NCBI GenBank assembly: GCA_035703025.1
Contig: DASSYY010000054.1
Coordinates: forward strand, 1 to 30,631
DNA: 30,631 nucleotides
From: Gemmatimonadales bacterium
GTDB taxonomy: Bacteria > Gemmatimonadota > Gemmatimonadetes > Gemmatimonadales > GWC2-71-9
Reading direction: 5' to 3'
Part shown: piece by piece, positions 28,792 through 30,631 of the stretch
How positions within the stretch are numbered: position 1 is the first letter of the stretch
Layout: every line of letters starts with the position of its first letter
Translations under genes and position numbers: made by a program
Notes under the pieces: model-generated
Told to the model about the DNA's origin: nothing
The model's input: only the letters and a program-made list of their open reading frames with translations
Database searches by the model: none

Positions 28792-28820
28792 TTGACCCAC
28801 CCGCGCTCGAGCGGCATCTT
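28792..28820 (+). promoter_or_regulatory. Candidate sigma70 promoter TTGACC-17bp-CATCTT for the M1 peptidase gene
   Basis: Exact 17-bp spacer; SD GGAGG at 28864-68 precedes GTG 28878. Confidence 0.5.
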
Positions 28821-28877
28821 CGACCCGATCCCTCCCCACAATCGAATTCACGCCGGTCGCCCTGGAGGGCTGCCTCG

Positions 28878-30631
28878 GTGACGTACGCCGCGACGCTCGA
28901 GTCCGCGCGCCACACGCCGTCCGGACTCCATTCGAGCCTGCTCACGATCGCGCTCGCCTGCGCGTCCCCGCTGTTCGCGCCGACCGGGCTCCGGGCGCAG
29001 GACGCGGCCGCGGTCGCGCCGAGCTACGAGTCCCGCTTCGCCGAGGTGATGGCCCTCGGCACCGCTCCTGCCGGCGTCGCCGACGTGAGCAACCTGGTGC
29101 TCCAGCGCGATCTCGCGCGGTTCACCCTCAAGAGCGGGAAGCTGTACCTCCTGGCGCCGATCGGCGGGCGCACCGTCGGGGCCGTCTTCCGCGGCAGCGG
29201 CGTCTTTTCCTTTGCGCCTCCCTCACCGATCGAGCAGCACCGCCTGGCCCGCTACGAGAACAAGACGGCGCTCGAGGCGCCGTTCACCGATGTCCTGCTG
29301 CTGTTCGCCGACACCACCATGGCGGAGCTGCGGGGACTCAGCTTTCACACCGAGGCGCCGCCGAGCGAGGTACGCGATCGGGTGCGCGACGGGCTCAAGT
29401 ACCTGAGCGACGAGGATTCGAAGACCTTCGATCCCGACCTCATGGGCACGCTCCTCAACGGCGATACCACCGATCTCTTCTACGCCCACATCCGGCGGCA
29501 GGGCGCGGACCCGCTGATGTTCACCCTGAACCCGCACGAGGTCGAGGCCGTGAGCCTCAGCGGCAAGGCCACGCGCTGGTGGGCGGAGGACCGGGAGGTT
29601 CTCTCCCAATTTCCCCGCCTCGGCCGGCCGCGCGACGCGCAGCTCACCGGCGAGCGGACCGATCCGGCGGAGATTCGCCGCTACGTCATGACCGTCGACC
29701 TGCCGCAGAGCGGCATCGGCGAGATCGCCTTCGCGGCCACCGCGAAGGTGGAGATCACGGCCAGCAGCGCGGTCGGCCCCTGGGTGGCGTTCGAGCTGTT
29801 CGACAAGCTGAAGGTGGACTCGGCGCGCTGGGACGGCGGGGAGGCGGCGACCGTCTTCAAGGGCAAGGACAGCCGGTACCTCTGGGTCCGGCTCGCACCC
29901 CGGATGCAGCCGGGCGAGGTCCGGACGCTCGTCCTCGCGTACCACGGGGACCTGATCGAGCGGATGAGCGACTTCTTCCGCATCAAGACCTCGGTGGCGT
30001 GGTACCCGCTCTCGCTCGAGGGCCGGACCCTCGCCACGTTCGACCTCACGTTCAACACGCCGGACAACTACCTGCTCGCCAGCGTCGGCGAGCGGGTCGA
30101 TTCCAGCCGCGCCGGCAAGATCATCACGACCCGGTGGGTCACGTCCGAGCCGATCCGCAACGCGTCCTTCAATCTCGGCCTGTTCAAGGACTACACGGTG
30201 AGCGAGGCGGGCATCCCGCCGGTCACCGTCATGATCTCGGAGGAGGCGCACAAGAAGCTGGTGCAGCAGTATCACCTGGGCCAGCAGAAGAAGATGCGGG
30301 AGACCGTCGGTGGCGACGTGAGCAAGAGCCTCCTGTTCTTCCAGAACGTCTACGGCCCGACCAACATCAAGCACTTCTACGCCACCGAGATCCCCGAATA
30401 TCACGGCGAGGCCTTCCCGGGGATGCTGCACCTCTCGTGGGTCACCTTCCAGCAGACCGACGATCAGGGCAGCGACGAGGTCTTCCGGGCGCACGAGGTG
30501 GCGCACCAGTGGTGGGGCATCGGCGTGGACTACCTGACCTACCACGACCGCTGGCTGAGCGAGGGCTTCGCGGAGTTTTCGGGACTCTGGTACATGCAGA
30601 CGGCTCGTCACAGCAACGACAAGTACTTCGG
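28878..30631 (+). CDS. Secreted M1-family zinc metallopeptidase; partial, runs off the right edge
   Basis: Not in the ORF track. Manual translation from GTG 28878: signal peptide ending LRA-QD; HEVAH-X18-E (AHEVAHQWWG...WLSEGFAEF) in frame at 30492. Confidence 0.88.
   Translation, partial: MTYAATLESARHTPSGLHSSLLTIALACASPLFAPTGLRAQDAAAVAPSYESRFAEVMALGTAPAGVADVSNLVLQRDLARFTLKSGKLYLLAPIGGRTVGAVFRGSGVFSFAPPSPIEQHRLARYENKTALEAPFTDVLLLFADTTMAELRGLSFHTEAPPSEVRDRVRDGLKYLSDEDSKTFDPDLMGTLLNGDTTDLFYAHIRRQGADPLMFTLNPHEVEAVSLSGKATRWWAEDREVLSQFPRLGRPRDAQLTGERTDPAEIRRYVMTVDLPQSGIGEIAFAATAKVEITASSAVGPWVAFELFDKLKVDSARWDGGEAATVFKGKDSRYLWVRLAPRMQPGEVRTLVLAYHGDLIERMSDFFRIKTSVAWYPLSLEGRTLATFDLTFNTPDNYLLASVGERVDSSRAGKIITTRWVTSEPIRNASFNLGLFKDYTVSEAGIPPVTVMISEEAHKKLVQQYHLGQQKKMRETVGGDVSKSLLFFQNVYGPTNIKHFYATEIPEYHGEAFPGMLHLSWVTFQQTDDQGSDEVFRAHEVAHQWWGIGVDYLTYHDRWLSEGFAEFSGLWYMQTARHSNDKYF

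Overview
This is a high-GC bacterial chromosomal segment. It probably comes from Gemmatimonadota; I infer this from the kinase-TolB-like-TPR protein, the many lipoproteins and the GCGGNCAG octamer repeats, not from a database search. I can support 28 CDSs, two of them cut by the window edges. In order: the end of a surface-polysaccharide cluster (two GT4 glycosyltransferases and a Wzx flippase), a membrane rhodanese lacking its catalytic Cys, a SnoaL/DUF4440 lipoprotein, a solitary HNH nuclease, a DUF1440 membrane protein, a fused E2-E1 2-oxoglutarate dehydrogenase (Kgd/OdhA type), two tandem Ig-like+cupredoxin lipoproteins, GlpD, a SAM methyltransferase, FadI-FadJ, an alpha/beta hydrolase, a Ser/Thr kinase-TPR protein, YtxJ/BrxC, AraC, a third cupredoxin lipoprotein, topoisomerase IB, ProDH-hypothetical-RsgA, PfpI-YpjD, a small hypothetical protein, an amidohydrolase and a secreted M1 peptidase. 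I found no rRNA, tRNA, CRISPR array, transposase or integrase. Most of the window is housekeeping or accessory metabolism. The best leads are the lipid-anchored Ig-stalk blue-copper proteins, the PfpI-YpjD pair (possible clean-up of glycated nucleotides), and several non-coding motifs: GTGAC-N4-GTCAC twice, a TGTCGC cluster, twin terminators around DUF1440, and octamer repeats entering a CDS. Start codons and promoters were called by eye.
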